The notes beneath the pieces are model-generated. The model was not told the DNA's origin. It was given only the letters and a program-made list of their open reading frames with translations, and ran no database searches. DNA of 64,000 nt, taken from the NCBI RefSeq assembly GCF_009914755.1, contig NC_060931.1, one strand, 5' to 3'. Below are positions 1-13,195 of the stretch, one piece after another; position 1 is the stretch's first letter, and each line of letters begins with the position of its first letter. The position numbers were made by a program, and so were the translations under genes. The DNA is from the human T2T-CHM13v2.0 reference genome, Homo sapiens.

Positions 1-178
1 ATAATAAATGCTGGTACATCCAGTGCATCGTTGGCACCACAGGACCAGCAGGCAGTGACCCCTCTGGACCTGGCTTTCACTATCTTGTGTGTGTCTATTA
101 TTTCTCAACCTGCCGATCCACCTGGGAACAAAGAGAGAGCCCTGTTGCATTGCGGGCTGCTGGCCAGATCCCGCAATA
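1..178 (+). mobile_element. 3' part of an ERV LTR (ERVK LTR3-like), truncated by window start
   Basis: AATAAA at 3-8 followed by an R/U5-like tract ending ...GCGGGCTGCTGGCCAGATCCCGCAATA, recalled as an LTR3-type terminus; family from memory. Confidence 0.55.
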
Positions 179-492
179 TGGGGCCAGAAAACTGTAGCTT
201 TGCTGGCAACATTTCATCACAGTAAAAATTTGATGTCAGCGTGCATATTAGTTAAGCACGTAGGCTTTTACATATGAGACATTTGGACTGAAATTTTCAC
301 TCTGTCCCTCCCTATTTATATGACATCAAGCAATTCCCCTCTGTAAGTCTGTTTCCTCATTTGCATAACAGGTAATAAATGGTACTTATCTAATAGGGCT
401 GTTGTAGAGATTATAATGTATGTATAACATGCAGTATGTATTAGTGCTTGATATATGTGGTAATTATTATACCTATTTTTAAAAAATTGTTT

Positions 493-820
493 AAAGGAAA
501 ACATAGTGCCACATGTAGCACCTCATTTGGATGTGTCTGGAGTCTTGAAAGCTTGATGAACCTACATTCTTCTACAAATCAGCCTTTAGACCTTTTCTGG
601 AGGTTGTAGCAGAAGAGCGTACACACTCTTGTACCCTTGATTGATGAACAGTCTTCCTCTCTCAGAAAGATCAGCCTTGTTAGCAGAGTGTACAGCTTTG
701 GGAGGGATGCACATGGAGTGATGAGGGAGAAAGAGGACACTCAACTATCCAGCCAGATGAGCAGAATCAACCCTGGCGATCAATGAGGTAACATGTCACA
801 GCCAGATCACCCTCACATTT
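493..820 (-). pseudogene. RN7SKP: 7SK snRNA retropseudogene, essentially full length
   Basis: Reverse complement follows 7SK end to end: ATGTGAGGGTGATCTGGCTGTGACAT...ATTGATCGCCAGGGTTGATTC at the 5' end and AAGCTTTCAAGACTCCAGACACATCCAAATGAGGTGCTACATGTGGCA at the 3' end; many CpG-decay substitutions. Confidence 0.93.
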
Positions 821-865
821 GTTACTAATTTTGTTGTTGTTGCTTTTAGCGATTACTCTTTAGGA

Positions 866-1087
866 CAGCGGTTTTTAATGGGGGCAATTTATCCCCTGTG
901 GGATATGTGACAGTGTCTGGAGGCATTTTTGGTTTTCAACTGGGGGATGGGATGCTAACTGTTATCTAGTGGGTAGAGGCCAGAGAAGATGCTAAACCTT
1001 CAACAATACACATGATAATCCCCTTCCCCCAACAACAAAGAGTTATTTGGCCCCAAATGCGAATAGAGTGAAGGTTGAGAAACCCTA
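866..1087. mobile_element. MER20 hAT DNA transposon fossil
   Basis: CAGCGGTTTTTAA...ATCTAGTGGGTAGAGGCCAG...GATGCTAAAC...GGTTGAGAAACCCT resembles MER20 consensus. Confidence 0.75.
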
Positions 1088-1094
1088 ATCTAGA

Positions 1095-1298
1095 GTAATG
1101 TTGTCCAAAAGAACATTCTGTGATGGTGCAAGTGTACTACATCTATGCTGTGCAACATGGTAGCCACTAGCCATATGTGGCTATTGAGCACTTGAAATGT
1201 GGCTAATGCAACTAAATAACTGAGTTTTACACTTTATTTAAATTATTTTAAATTTAAATAGTCACAATACAGCAGCTAGTAGCATTGGGCAGCACAGC
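1095..1298. mobile_element. MER3 hAT DNA transposon fossil
   Basis: GTAGCCACTAGCCATATGTGGCTATTGAGCACTTGAAATGTGGCTA core. Confidence 0.75.
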
Positions 1299-1431
1299 TC
1301 TAAGGGGTCTTCTCTAGGACAGGATGAGAAATAGCTCTTATGACCAAAGATTCCATTCAGAGTGCCCAACTCCTAAGAATTCAATTAGTTCTTAGAAATA
1401 AGTTTCAAAAAAGTACTAGAAATATAATTAA

Positions 1432-1736
1432 GGCCAGGCGTGGTGGCTCACGCCTGTAATCTCAGCACTTTGGGAGGCCGAGGTGGGCGGATCACGAGGT
1501 CAGGAGTTCGAGACCAGCCTGGCCAATATGGTGAAACCCCATCTCTACTAAAAATACAAAAATTAGCTGGGTGTGGTGGCATGCACCTATACTCCCAGCT
1601 ACTCGAGAGGCTGAGGTGGAAGAATCGCTTAAACCCAGGAGGTGGGGCTGCAGTGAGCCGAGATCGTGCCACTGCACTCTAGCCTGGGTGACAGAGTGAG
1701 ACTCCGTCTCAAAGAAAAAAAGAAAGAAAGAAAGAA
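1432..1736 (+). mobile_element. AluS, full length
   Basis: Dimeric Alu with A-rich tail; TSD AGAAATATAATTAA at 1418-1431 and 1737-1750. Confidence 0.95.
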
Positions 1737-2053
1737 AGAAATATAATTAAACTTAAAAAATGCACAGATAAGGAAAAAATCAGAAATAAAAGCAAAAATA
1801 TTTCACAGTATCTGTCTTTGGTTAGTAGGACTACTAATTTAGATAGATTTTCTCCTATCTAATTACATGTATTTCGATTTTTAAAATGACATGAACATGT
1901 GTCAATTTCACAAGAAAACAAATTAAAATTCTAAAAATATAATTCACTAAAAGAGAAATAGTAAGACCTACATGAGATCACCTGCTAATACAATTTGGTT
2001 TTGTTGAAAGAGAAATGCCTATTAGCGCCTTTATGAATAAGAAGAGAACAAAA

Positions 2054-2355
2054 AACTGGGTGCCCTGGCTCATGCCCATAATCCCAGCACTTTGGGGGAC
2101 CAAGATGGGTGGATCCCTTGAGCTCAGGAGTTCCAGACCAGCCTGAGCGACATGGAGAAACCCTGTCTCTCCCAAAATACAAAAACTAGCCAGGTGTGAT
2201 AGTGCACGCTTGTGATCCCTGCTACTTGGGACACTGAGGTGGGAGGATTGCTTGAGTCCCGGGTGGTTGAGGCTGCAGTGAGCTGTGATCACGCCACCAC
2301 ATTCCAGCCTGCAGAACAGAGTAAGACCCTGTCTTTGAAAAAAGAAAAGAAAAGA
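2054..2355 (+). mobile_element. AluJ
   Basis: Diverged Alu dimer with J-type GAGGATTGCTTGAG and AGACCCTGTCT. Confidence 0.85.
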
Positions 2356-3105
2356 AGATAACTAAAAAGTGGTCTATCTCATAACATTCTGAAGGTCTGT
2401 GAACATTGGTAGTCAACGCATAATTTTAGTAAATGGAGTAGGATCTATGAAATCAGAGGAATCCTCTAGGCAAGGTGAGCAAGGGGAAGAAGGCACCTTT
2501 AATTCATCCTTTATATTTACCGACATGCAGTAATTTGGCTGCGTTCCTCTGCTGGTGTATGTCATACCTGTCCCCAATCCACTACCTCTCAAGCCAAAAC
2601 TATTCTATCGGTATTAGGTCCTTGGAATCCAGTTCAGTAAATAACCTGGTAAACTAATTTAAGCCTAGGAGTCAAAGGTTAATAGGAAATCAATGTATTA
2701 TTTCTTTTAGATAATATATATTCATGTCCATGAGACACTTCCATCCTATAATATGCATAGGTCATTTCCATGTCCCATATCTTCTCTGTGAACTGGTGAG
2801 AAGCCCATTTAATTCTACTTAAACCATATTGTGTTTTCTTTTGTGATTCCAAAATGTCTAGAAGTTTAAAAATCTTGTCATTGTGCCGATGAAAGCAAGG
2901 AGTATCTGCTTACAGAAAGATGGGGTAGTGTGGAACAGTTGGGAAGTGGCACACCCACAGTGGGAAGGGGCCTAGCTCCTAGCAGTAGGTCATCAGGTCA
3001 GCTAGTATAATATTTACCTCTTCAGTTGTTTATTATTGTCCCTATTCAATAGGTAGGAAAGTCAAGATTCATTGAAATTAGATAACTTGCTCAAGGTCGT
3101 AAGAT

Positions 3106-3593
3106 GTTGAGCCAATTACTATTGCAGTATAACAATCCACCTCAAAACTTAGTGGCATAAAACAGCCATGTTATTAGATTTTCAGATTGGGTGGCATTAC
3201 ATTTGTAAAGGGCTCTTCTGGGCCATTCTCTCACGGGGTCTCTCATGATGCTATGGTCAGACGTTGGCTATAGTGGAACACCTAAGGTTTGGAGTTTGGG
3301 GTCCCTCATAGCATGGCAGCCTCAGGACAGTTCAATTGCTTACACAGTGGCTCAGGTTTTTAGCACAAGTATTCTCTCAATGAATGTGAGATCACATCAC
3401 CTTTTCAGAGCTAGCTTGTGAAATCACACAGTGTCACTTTTGCCACATTCTCCTGGTTACAATAAAGTCACAAATTTACCTATTTTCAAGTGGAGGATAA
3501 TTAGACTTCACCTCTTGATATGGAAGTATCAAGGAACTAGAACACGGGAGATGGGAGAGATTGTTGAGGTTGTCTTTGGAAAATACAATCTGA
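3106..3593. mobile_element. MLT1-type MaLR LTR, old
   Basis: ATAACAATCCACCTCAAAACTTAGTGGCATAAAACA...CACAGTGTCACTTTTGCCACATTC typical of MLT1. Confidence 0.6.
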
Positions 3594-5261
3594 CATGGAT
3601 GATTAAGTGCCTACTCAGAATTTAAAACCTGGGCTGCTTCATATCAAACTCTTTGTTCTGCTGCACTAAACCCCATTCCTAAGATTTCATGTAAGTGATA
3701 ATGTGGTAACTGTGGTAATAATGTGGTAATGTGGTAAGGAAGTAGGCTTCTCAGAAAAAGGTAAACTATTCACAATGGATTAGTTATTAGCATGAAGTTT
3801 CAATTCCTTGTGTTTGTTTCATTTATAGATTTCTGTGTGTCTTCACCTATCTTACTCAAAGCTATTCTGTGCTGGGGTATCATTTTCTTGTGGTATATGC
3901 TGGTGTATTGATGATTCATTGTTTGCAGAAAATTCTTTGTTTTTCCAAAGCTCTTATTCAAGGTTCACCTTCTGTATTGCAAAGAAGGCATATCTTTCTC
4001 TGGAAAACATTTTGAAAAATGCCTGCTACTAGTACTTATTACTGAAGAATTGCATCCTTTTCTATTTGCTCTGCCATCTATCTTGGTTCCCTATGTCTGC
4101 ATCTATGGCTTAGTTTGACTTTTTTGTTCTTCCTCTGCAAAGGGAAGGCTTGCAAAGCACATGCCCTTTTTGGGTAAAGTGACTTCCTGATGGGAAGCTA
4201 AGCTGAACACAAAACTCCATTCAGCAGAAACTCAGATGTCATGTCACATCCTGCAAACACCACAGACACTTCTACCCCTATCATGCATTTCAGCAAAACT
4301 ACAGTAACATCTTGCCCTAAAATATGTGAAACACAGAAGGCTGGTCCCTAGTCTTAGAATGCTTGAGATAACAAATGAAGTACTAGAAGAGAAACTTGGA
4401 TACAAGAGCATGGCACAAGCAGTGAGTTACTGGAATATAGACACTCTGAGGTAAGGGGAGGAATTGCAATTCAGAGACATGGGAGCCCAGTAGTCACCCT
4501 GGTCTCGTCTGCAGTGTGTAGAACCTAATTAGAGCAGGGAAAAAGAAGAGAGATGACTTAAGATGGTTAAGTAATTAGAAAGCTCTTAATTCTACTTCTA
4601 TTTGCCTGAATAAGTAAATTTCTGTTGGCCACATTTATCATCTATAAAACCTAGCTAATAATAATCACTTTTTATATTGCTGGCAATAACTGGAGCATAG
4701 TCAACATTTCTTTCTTTCCCCACCTCAATTTTTTCTCTGCTTCCTCTCAGGATAAATCTAAGCAATGGGTTGCAACTGAGGCTGTGGTGGGAAGCTTAAC
4801 CAGCTCTGTCGTGAGAAACTGAGAAGGACAGCTGCAGGGGCTGACATTCGGCATTCACAAGAGGAGAGATGAGAAAACACCACCGGTAACAGCTGGTGAG
4901 AGTGGAAATTGAATAGTTACATGTATAAAAATTTAACAGATATAGTGCCCAAATTATGTGAAGATGTGCAAGAATGATCATCGTGGCACTGATTTTAATG
5001 CAGTAGTTACAAACTGGAAACATTCTACACGTGTCTTGATAAGTATCTGGTTAGATAAATTATAGCATAGCCATGTGATGGAGTTGTAAGTATCCTTTAA
5101 AAAGAATAAGGTAGAATTGTACATGCTAATGGAAATAGCTCCAAGATATGTTGTTAAATGAAAAAGCAAGTTGCCAACATAATATTGTGTAATTGTGTTT
5201 GTGTGTATTTCCGTGTGTGTGTGTGCATGTGTGTATTGTGGTATGTGTTTATGTAAGAATA

Positions 5262-5876
<615 letters not shown>

Positions 5877-6084
5877 CATATATAATGGTATATGTATAAA
5901 AATTTCCATAAGGATACACAAAAACTGATAATGGCAGGTGATTTTATTAAATGCAGTGGGAACGGGAGATGTGCAGAGAGGAAGACTTTTTTACTTTGAT
6001 TTCCTCACTTTTTTATTATTTGATTTTTAAATAGTTATAAGCATGTACTACTTTTATAATGAAAATAAAAAAATACAACGATCC

Positions 6085-6399
<315 letters not shown>

Positions 6400-7839
6400 A
6401 ATACAATGATCTTTAAAAGTTACTCAACACAGAGAGACAAGTAAAAGATCCCAGGATAGCAAGAGCTAGCTAAGGAATTGAAATTTCACAGGGGAATTTT
6501 AAGCTCTGAGTTTACAGCAGAAAGTTTTGAGGACATGATTAACATTTATGCCAAACACAAGCAGGAAATAGGGCAGTGAAAATCATGTAAATGACCCGGA
6601 GGAGTCCACAGGTAGGATGTTTGTAGAAAATGTCAGATGTTTGTTCATACTCATTTCAGTGATTCAGCCCTGGTTGCCCACTAAAATCACCTGGGGAGTT
6701 TTGAAAATATACAAAGACCCACTCGCAGATATTCTGATTTAATTGGTCTGAGGAGGGACCAAGCATGAGTATGTTTTAAAAGACCACCAGGTAATTCTTA
6801 TGTATCCAGGACAGAAAGCCACTCCATGTAACACTGCTTAAAACTATCAGGATAATCGACAAGCAATTGTTGACCACCCACTACCTGCCAGGTATTGCGC
6901 TAAGTGTTAACCTTACGAATGTGAAGTAATTTTAAAAACTTCCTTCCAAGTGATAAGGATATTATAACTTTTCTGTAAATGCAATTTGTGGATGACAAAT
7001 GAAAAAATAATTTTAAAAAGAAGAGTGATATGTAAAATAATATATACTGTTTTTAATATCAGATAAGTGGAAAAAAAACTATTAATATGTGTAGTGGTTC
7101 CTGTATCAACTTAAAAAGAAACTACCTTTTATGCTATAACAATTGTCCAAGAGCTTGCCTAGTACTTGAACCATTTTATTCAAAGTGAGGTCCATGGGCC
7201 AGGGACGTTATCATCATGCCTGACAGCCCGTTCAGAATGTAGAATCAGTAGCTCCAGTCAGACCTATTAAATCAGAATCAGCATCAAATAAGATCTCCAG
7301 GTGATTCAGAGGCACATCAAACCTTGAGAAGCACTGTGTTACTTCTAAGAAGAACTTAAAATCTTTTAGATCTCCTTGGTCATATCCTTCCTATCGTAAA
7401 ATTGAATGACTTGCTTTCAGGAGAATCATAAACAGCTTACATCCCAACCATTTCTGTAACAAAAACAACATTAATAAATCACCTTGTTTGCAGTTACTGT
7501 GCTGGGCACTATAGCCAATTTCTAAATACAACCCTAAAGAAATATATGTTATTGTTCCTCCCATTTACCAATGAGTCCACTGAGATTCATCAAGTCTCAC
7601 AGCTTATAAATGACAAAACTAATTTTAAATTCAGATCTGATTAACAATGCAGTTGTTTTATTATACTTCATTGTGTTCAGTGCTTATGATAGTGATATTA
7701 TGTTATTTATTACACTTTTCATTAAAAATGAAATTTGAGTAATCTTTAAAGTTACAGTCATTGCAGAACTATTTAATAACTACAATAAAAAGAGAAGTTG
7801 GATTATAATCCATGAGCTGACCAATCACATATATTTCAT

Positions 7840-7872
7840 TTCTCTCTCTCTCTCCCTCTCTCTCATACATAT

Positions 7873-7916
<44 letters not shown>

Positions 7917-7949
7917 CACACACACAACACACACACATACACACACACA
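7840..7949. repeat. Compound (TC)n/(CA)n microsatellite
   Basis: Directly visible. Confidence 0.95.
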
Positions 7950-8797
7950 GTTTTAGCTTGTATAGTAATTAGATCTGTTGGTATGTTCAGAAATCTTGCA
8001 GTGAAAATTTTCAGACCCTGAAAGGCAGCCAAGAGGAACGTTTTGTTTCAATTGCAATTAACATTAATAAAAATAGTTTATATAAAAACAAGGTGGAACT
8101 TTTAATACAGAAAGTGTGCAAAGGTGTATAGACTAGCTTCGAAGTGGATCTTGTCTTTCCTAAATAAATGCCAAAGTAGAAAATCAGTCTGAGATGGAAT
8201 AAAATCTTTTCATCATCTATCACAAGAAGATGACATTTAATCCATCTCCTTACTTTGAAGACTGATTAAACTTCAGATGGAATTTAGTTAATAAATCATA
8301 TTAGCACAATGCATCCCTATGGCATATACCTCTTCCAATTACAGAGCTTCTCCTCAATGATCTATGTGAGTTTCTATGTTGGACTTTGGTCTTGAACTCA
8401 AGTAATTTTTGTTGGAAACAACTGTTGTTCTGGCCAGGTAAAATCAACCTTTTCTTATTTACTACTAAAGGAAGTAATAGAAGACTGTCCACCGACCACA
8501 GAAGTTATGTATTTTCAGCATGGTTGGACCTATCTGGATGTTATATATCTAGTCATGCTGAAAATATTAAAACAGAGAACTATACCATGCTGAATATAAA
8601 TAATTTAATATTAGGTCTCCAAGACCATCTTAGATTATGCTTCTGTGGTTCATGGTGCCTGTTGAAGAGTTGACGGAATTTGGCATTTGTGTTCAGCCAG
8701 TCACCACATCTTTTTTAGTTCTGTGGGCCTGAGAGGGCAAATTAACTAAAAATTAAAGAATAAAAAAAGGTAAAAATAAATAGACCTATCTGACATA

Positions 8798-9435
8798 TGT
8801 TGACCTAAGGAAAAAACTAGAGACAAAATTAATGTAAGTAAAGAGTTTATCTGGGCCAAATTTGAGGACTGCAACTGGGAGACATAGATTCAAATTGCTC
8901 TGAATATATGCTGTGATTAGTAGCAGTTACAAGTAGGTTTTTAAAGGAAAAAGAAGGGGTAGTTTCTAAATCTGTGTATCAATAGTTTGTGTTAAAATAA
9001 CACAAGTTGTTGATTAGGTATACATTGGTCTTTGTATTATAAATTCCAATGAAGATAATGAGTGAGGGTTACATTGCACAATCTGTGGTAACATTTTAGA
9101 TAATTTATCACCTAGTCTGGAAACTACAAGGAAGGAAAGAAAGAAGAGAATGCCTTTAAATAATTGCCCGTGGAGGATCACCTGGACCCTGGGAGGTTAA
9201 GGCTGCAGTGAGCCGTGATAGCGCCATTGCACTCCAGCCTGGATGACAGAGTGAGACCCTGTCTCAAAATAAATAATTTAATTTAATTTAACAAATAAAA
9301 AATAAATAATTGCCCCTGGGCCTAGGCAGTGGGGACTGAGCGTGACTGAAGTCTCATATTCATGTCTCCCTAGGCCTGATAAATTTTGTGTAAGTCACAT
9401 TCTGCAGACTGCTCTGAGCTACTTTCTTTCTTACA
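8798..9435 (-). mobile_element. ERV1 (MER4-group) solo LTR interrupted by an Alu monomer
   Basis: TGT...ACA termini; resembles MER4-group LTR antisense; family not pinned down. Confidence 0.6.
9170..9302 (+). mobile_element. 5'-truncated Alu right arm
   Basis: GGCTGCAGTGAGCCGTGATAGCGCCATTGCACTCCAGCCTGG; TSD TAAATAATTGCCC on both sides. Confidence 0.85.
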
Positions 9436-9647
9436 AAAGAGGTTTAAAAAAAAGCAAAACATATGGCAATTCCCAGTGACTACTAAAGACAATACTCATC
9501 CTAAGTGAAAGGCATATGACAAAATCTCATCTAATATTAATACTCCCACACAAATGCAAATTTACAAAGAGTAAATCCAGATTTCAGCTACCTGAGAATT
9601 ATCTGATTTTCCATTTGTAAAAAAAGAGGGTGAAATTGGCACGGGTA

Positions 9648-10255
9648 TGTTGGGGAAATATAATTAAAAATAAAATGTTCTCCCAACCCAGAAAACCTCT
9701 CCTCAAAGGTAGTAGAGAAAGAAAACAGTTTTATTATTGAATAAGCATCAAACCAGAATGCAATGCCTGTCACAGGCAATCTGCTAGGAGATTGCAAACA
9801 CAGAAAGGAATCTCATCCTTTATATAACCAAACAAATATGACCCATTACCTATGTGTTTTCAAAACAAACAATAACTAGTCTTCAAGCAAGAATACTTTA
9901 GTCACACATAGTTCATCCTAACTTTACCTGGCAATTGGGTTTAACATCTAAAGCTAATTGTCTTTACAGGAAAAATAAGCTTCTATGTCTTTATGACAGG
10001 AGGTAGTTTTGCACCTTGGAGCAAAGCACCCACCAAAGTTAGCTTCCTCCCCTCCCACACAAACTGGGAGATAGTGGTGTTAGCTCCTTTGATGTTTACA
10101 TTTCAAAGAGAGGAGAAAATGTTTATAATTACAAAGTTTCTAAAGCATTTTCAAAATAGATGCCCTGAGAAAAAGAGAGGGAGGGAAGATACCTCTTCCC
10201 TTATTTTCAACCAGGGGAATCAAACCTCTTAGTTTTGTTTGTATTTGTCTTTTCA
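9648..10255 (-). mobile_element. ERV1 solo LTR (MER67-like)
   Basis: TGT...TCA termini with 4-bp TSD GGTA at 9644-9647 and 10256-10259; TTTATT (antisense polyA signal) near 9730. Confidence 0.7.
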
Positions 10256-12673
10256 GGTAGAATAACCTACCCAGAGAGTCTATTTTTCCCATCTGCCCAA
10301 AGGAACAATAAGAACATCTGACTGGGGAGATGAGCTACCTCCATGAGCTAACAGTTTTGTTACTTGCATCAAACCATTTAAATATTCTGGGCCTCAATTT
10401 TCTTCTCCATAAAGTGAGGATATTAATAATGCTTACTTCACAAGGTTGTTACAGAGATGAAATAAAATATGAAAAACTAAATGAATTTTAAAGTGCTCCA
10501 TAAACTGTGAAGCCCTGTACCAGTAAAGCTGTTGCTTGTTGTGATATGCTTTCAGAGAATTTAGAACAGCCCCCTGCCGAGGCCCTCCCATCATTTCTCG
10601 ATGTGCAAAATTACCATTACCAGAGACTTATTCTTAATTTCCTGAAAATGCAAATGCTCTTGAGCAGCTAACATATTAGCATCATGACCAGCTTATTTTT
10701 TAAGAGATGGGGTCTCACTTTATCACTCAGGCTTGAGTGTGGTGGCACTATCATAGCTCACTGCAGCCTCGAACTCCTGGACATAAGCGATATACTGTGT
10801 CCAGATTAAAGAGTTTGTGCCTGTCTTCTATACACTCTAGAAATCAGGCTGTTCTGGAGAAGATTGAGCAGTTTAAAGAGATCTAGGGCTCGCTGGACTC
10901 TTTAGTTGGAGGGAGGAGAAAAAAAGAGGAGTTGTGCAAAAAATGTAAAAGATAGGACAAGGTCTCCTTCCCACTTCTTTTCAGAGCTAGCCCCGTGCCA
11001 AGGTCATGTAGGAAAGAAATTAAGGAAGTTCTTTACTTCCAATGATTCTGGCAACAGATTACTTCCTATTTTTAAGAGAAGACACAGACATACATTCTAA
11101 ACATTCTTATTGTTCAAATTCTCTCTATCCAAATTACAAAATACTCTATTGTCATTGTTTCTAAGTTTTGAAATTTGTGTTCATTAAAGAGAGGCACAAT
11201 TATAATATCATGTATGAAAGGAGAATCAAGAGATTATCCAATGCTCAAGAAGGATGTTGTTGCTGTTTTATTAGGCTCAAGAAGAAAGTATGACATTTTC
11301 AAAGACATGTGTGGCTTAATAAGTGTCTGTTTTCCAGAAATGCCAAGAAACATTGTGGATCACAGTTTGAGTTTCCTTCTAAAATCCCAACACACCTCAT
11401 AAAAGTAAAACCCAAACCTGAAGCCAAACAGCTCAAGGTAGGAAGTAAATTTAGAACCTGGGGTTCTGGCATATAGCTCTGATCCAAAACACAGTAGGAG
11501 GCTTGCCAGAATGTGGAAAACTTGCTGTCATAAGGAAATAGAGGCAACTACTCAATGACATTGTAATCCAATTTCTGTAAGTTTTATTACATAGGGGGCT
11601 GTCAGCATCAGGCTCTGCGATTATGACTCATTGGGTTATTCTGGCTAACATGGAGCATACTATACATATACACAAGCACACATATACTAATTCTCCTATG
11701 GAGACAAGAAGACTGTAAATGGTCCCATGGTAATCTATGAAAAGAAAGAGATGCATGTTTTTGAGCTTAAAAATAACAAGTAAATAATAAGTGACATTAT
11801 AGACATCTAAGGGATCAGGCACTATTCCATGGCATATATTAATTCATTGGATTCTTATAGCATCCCTATGAGGTAGGCACTATTATAACCTCATTTTAAA
11901 GAGGAGGAAACTAAAGCTCACAGAGGTCAACTACTTTCCTAAAGCCACACAGCCAATAAGGAGACAGTTGGGATTCAAATCCAGGCAGTCTGACTCCAGA
12001 GTCCAGGATGCTTACCACCCTAATGTATTTATTTTCAGAGATCTTCTAAGCAGAACTTTCACTACTAATCTAGTATTTACTTCCCAATTCACTTCTTTAT
12101 TTCTCTGGTTCAAGTAATTCAGAGCATACTTTTTTTTTTTTTATTCTTCAATGTTTAAAGAGTTCTATTTTCCAGCTCACATTCTGGGAATGTGAACACT
12201 GCCAGTCCACACAAGTAAAAATATACACACCATCAATAGGTTACTCTATCAGCACGGTGGAATACAAGACGAATTTGATTTTTTGTTATCTAACTAAAGT
12301 TACTGATTTATGGGTATCAAACTTATCCTTATGATAGGGTTTGTAACTTTGTCTAAAAGTGATTGCGATACTGGTAAAATATCACCACACTGATGTAAAC
12401 AAAATAATTAGATTAACAAATTAGGTTCAAAACAATTATTTCTACCCTATCAAATTAACTCTGTCCTAAATGATACCTAAGAAAAAATCATAACTAAAAT
12501 TGTTGTTATTGCTGCATCATTAATGTTGTATTTCCTTAAAAAATTTTATATTAAGTAATATTTTTTTTTGTGAAAGATTTATTAGGAATAAAACAAGCAT
12601 GTTTATTCTACCCTGACTCTCAATTCTATACTATATTCCTGGGCCAATAAAACACTGTTTTAACAGTTTAAAG

Positions 12674-12677
<4 letters not shown>

Positions 12678-12721
<44 letters not shown>

Positions 12722-12787
12722 CACACACACACACACATATATATACATATATATATATACACACATACACACACACATACACATATG
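12678..12787. repeat. (TA)n/(CA)n microsatellite
   Basis: Directly visible. Confidence 0.95.
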
Positions 12788-12859
12788 AACTTCTGAATGG
12801 AGACTTGCAGATCTTCATTTTGTAAAATTCAACACTCATTCATGATTAAAGATAGTAAC

Positions 12860-13195
12860 TGTCTTGGTCCCTTTGTTCTGCTTTGACAGAATAACTAAGA
12901 CTGGATAATTTATAAAGAGCAGGAATTTATTTTTCACATTTCTGGAGGTGAGGAAATCTAAGATTGAGGTGCCAGCATCTTGCGAGGGCCTTCTTACTGC
13001 ATCCTCACATAGTGGGAGGTGGGAGGGTAAGAGAATAAGCTAGCAGAATTGTGTGAAGCCTCTTTTATAAAGGCCTTAATCCCATTAATGAGGAAGGAGC
13101 CCTCATGGCCTAATTACTTCTTAAAAGGTCCCATTTCTTAATACTAGCACATTGGCAACACTTGAATTGTGGAGGAGACATATTTGAACCACAGC
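12860..13195. mobile_element. MLT1A/MST-type MaLR LTR
   Basis: AGACTGGATAATTTATAAAG...CCCTCATGGCCTAATTAC...TTAATACT motifs. Confidence 0.65.
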
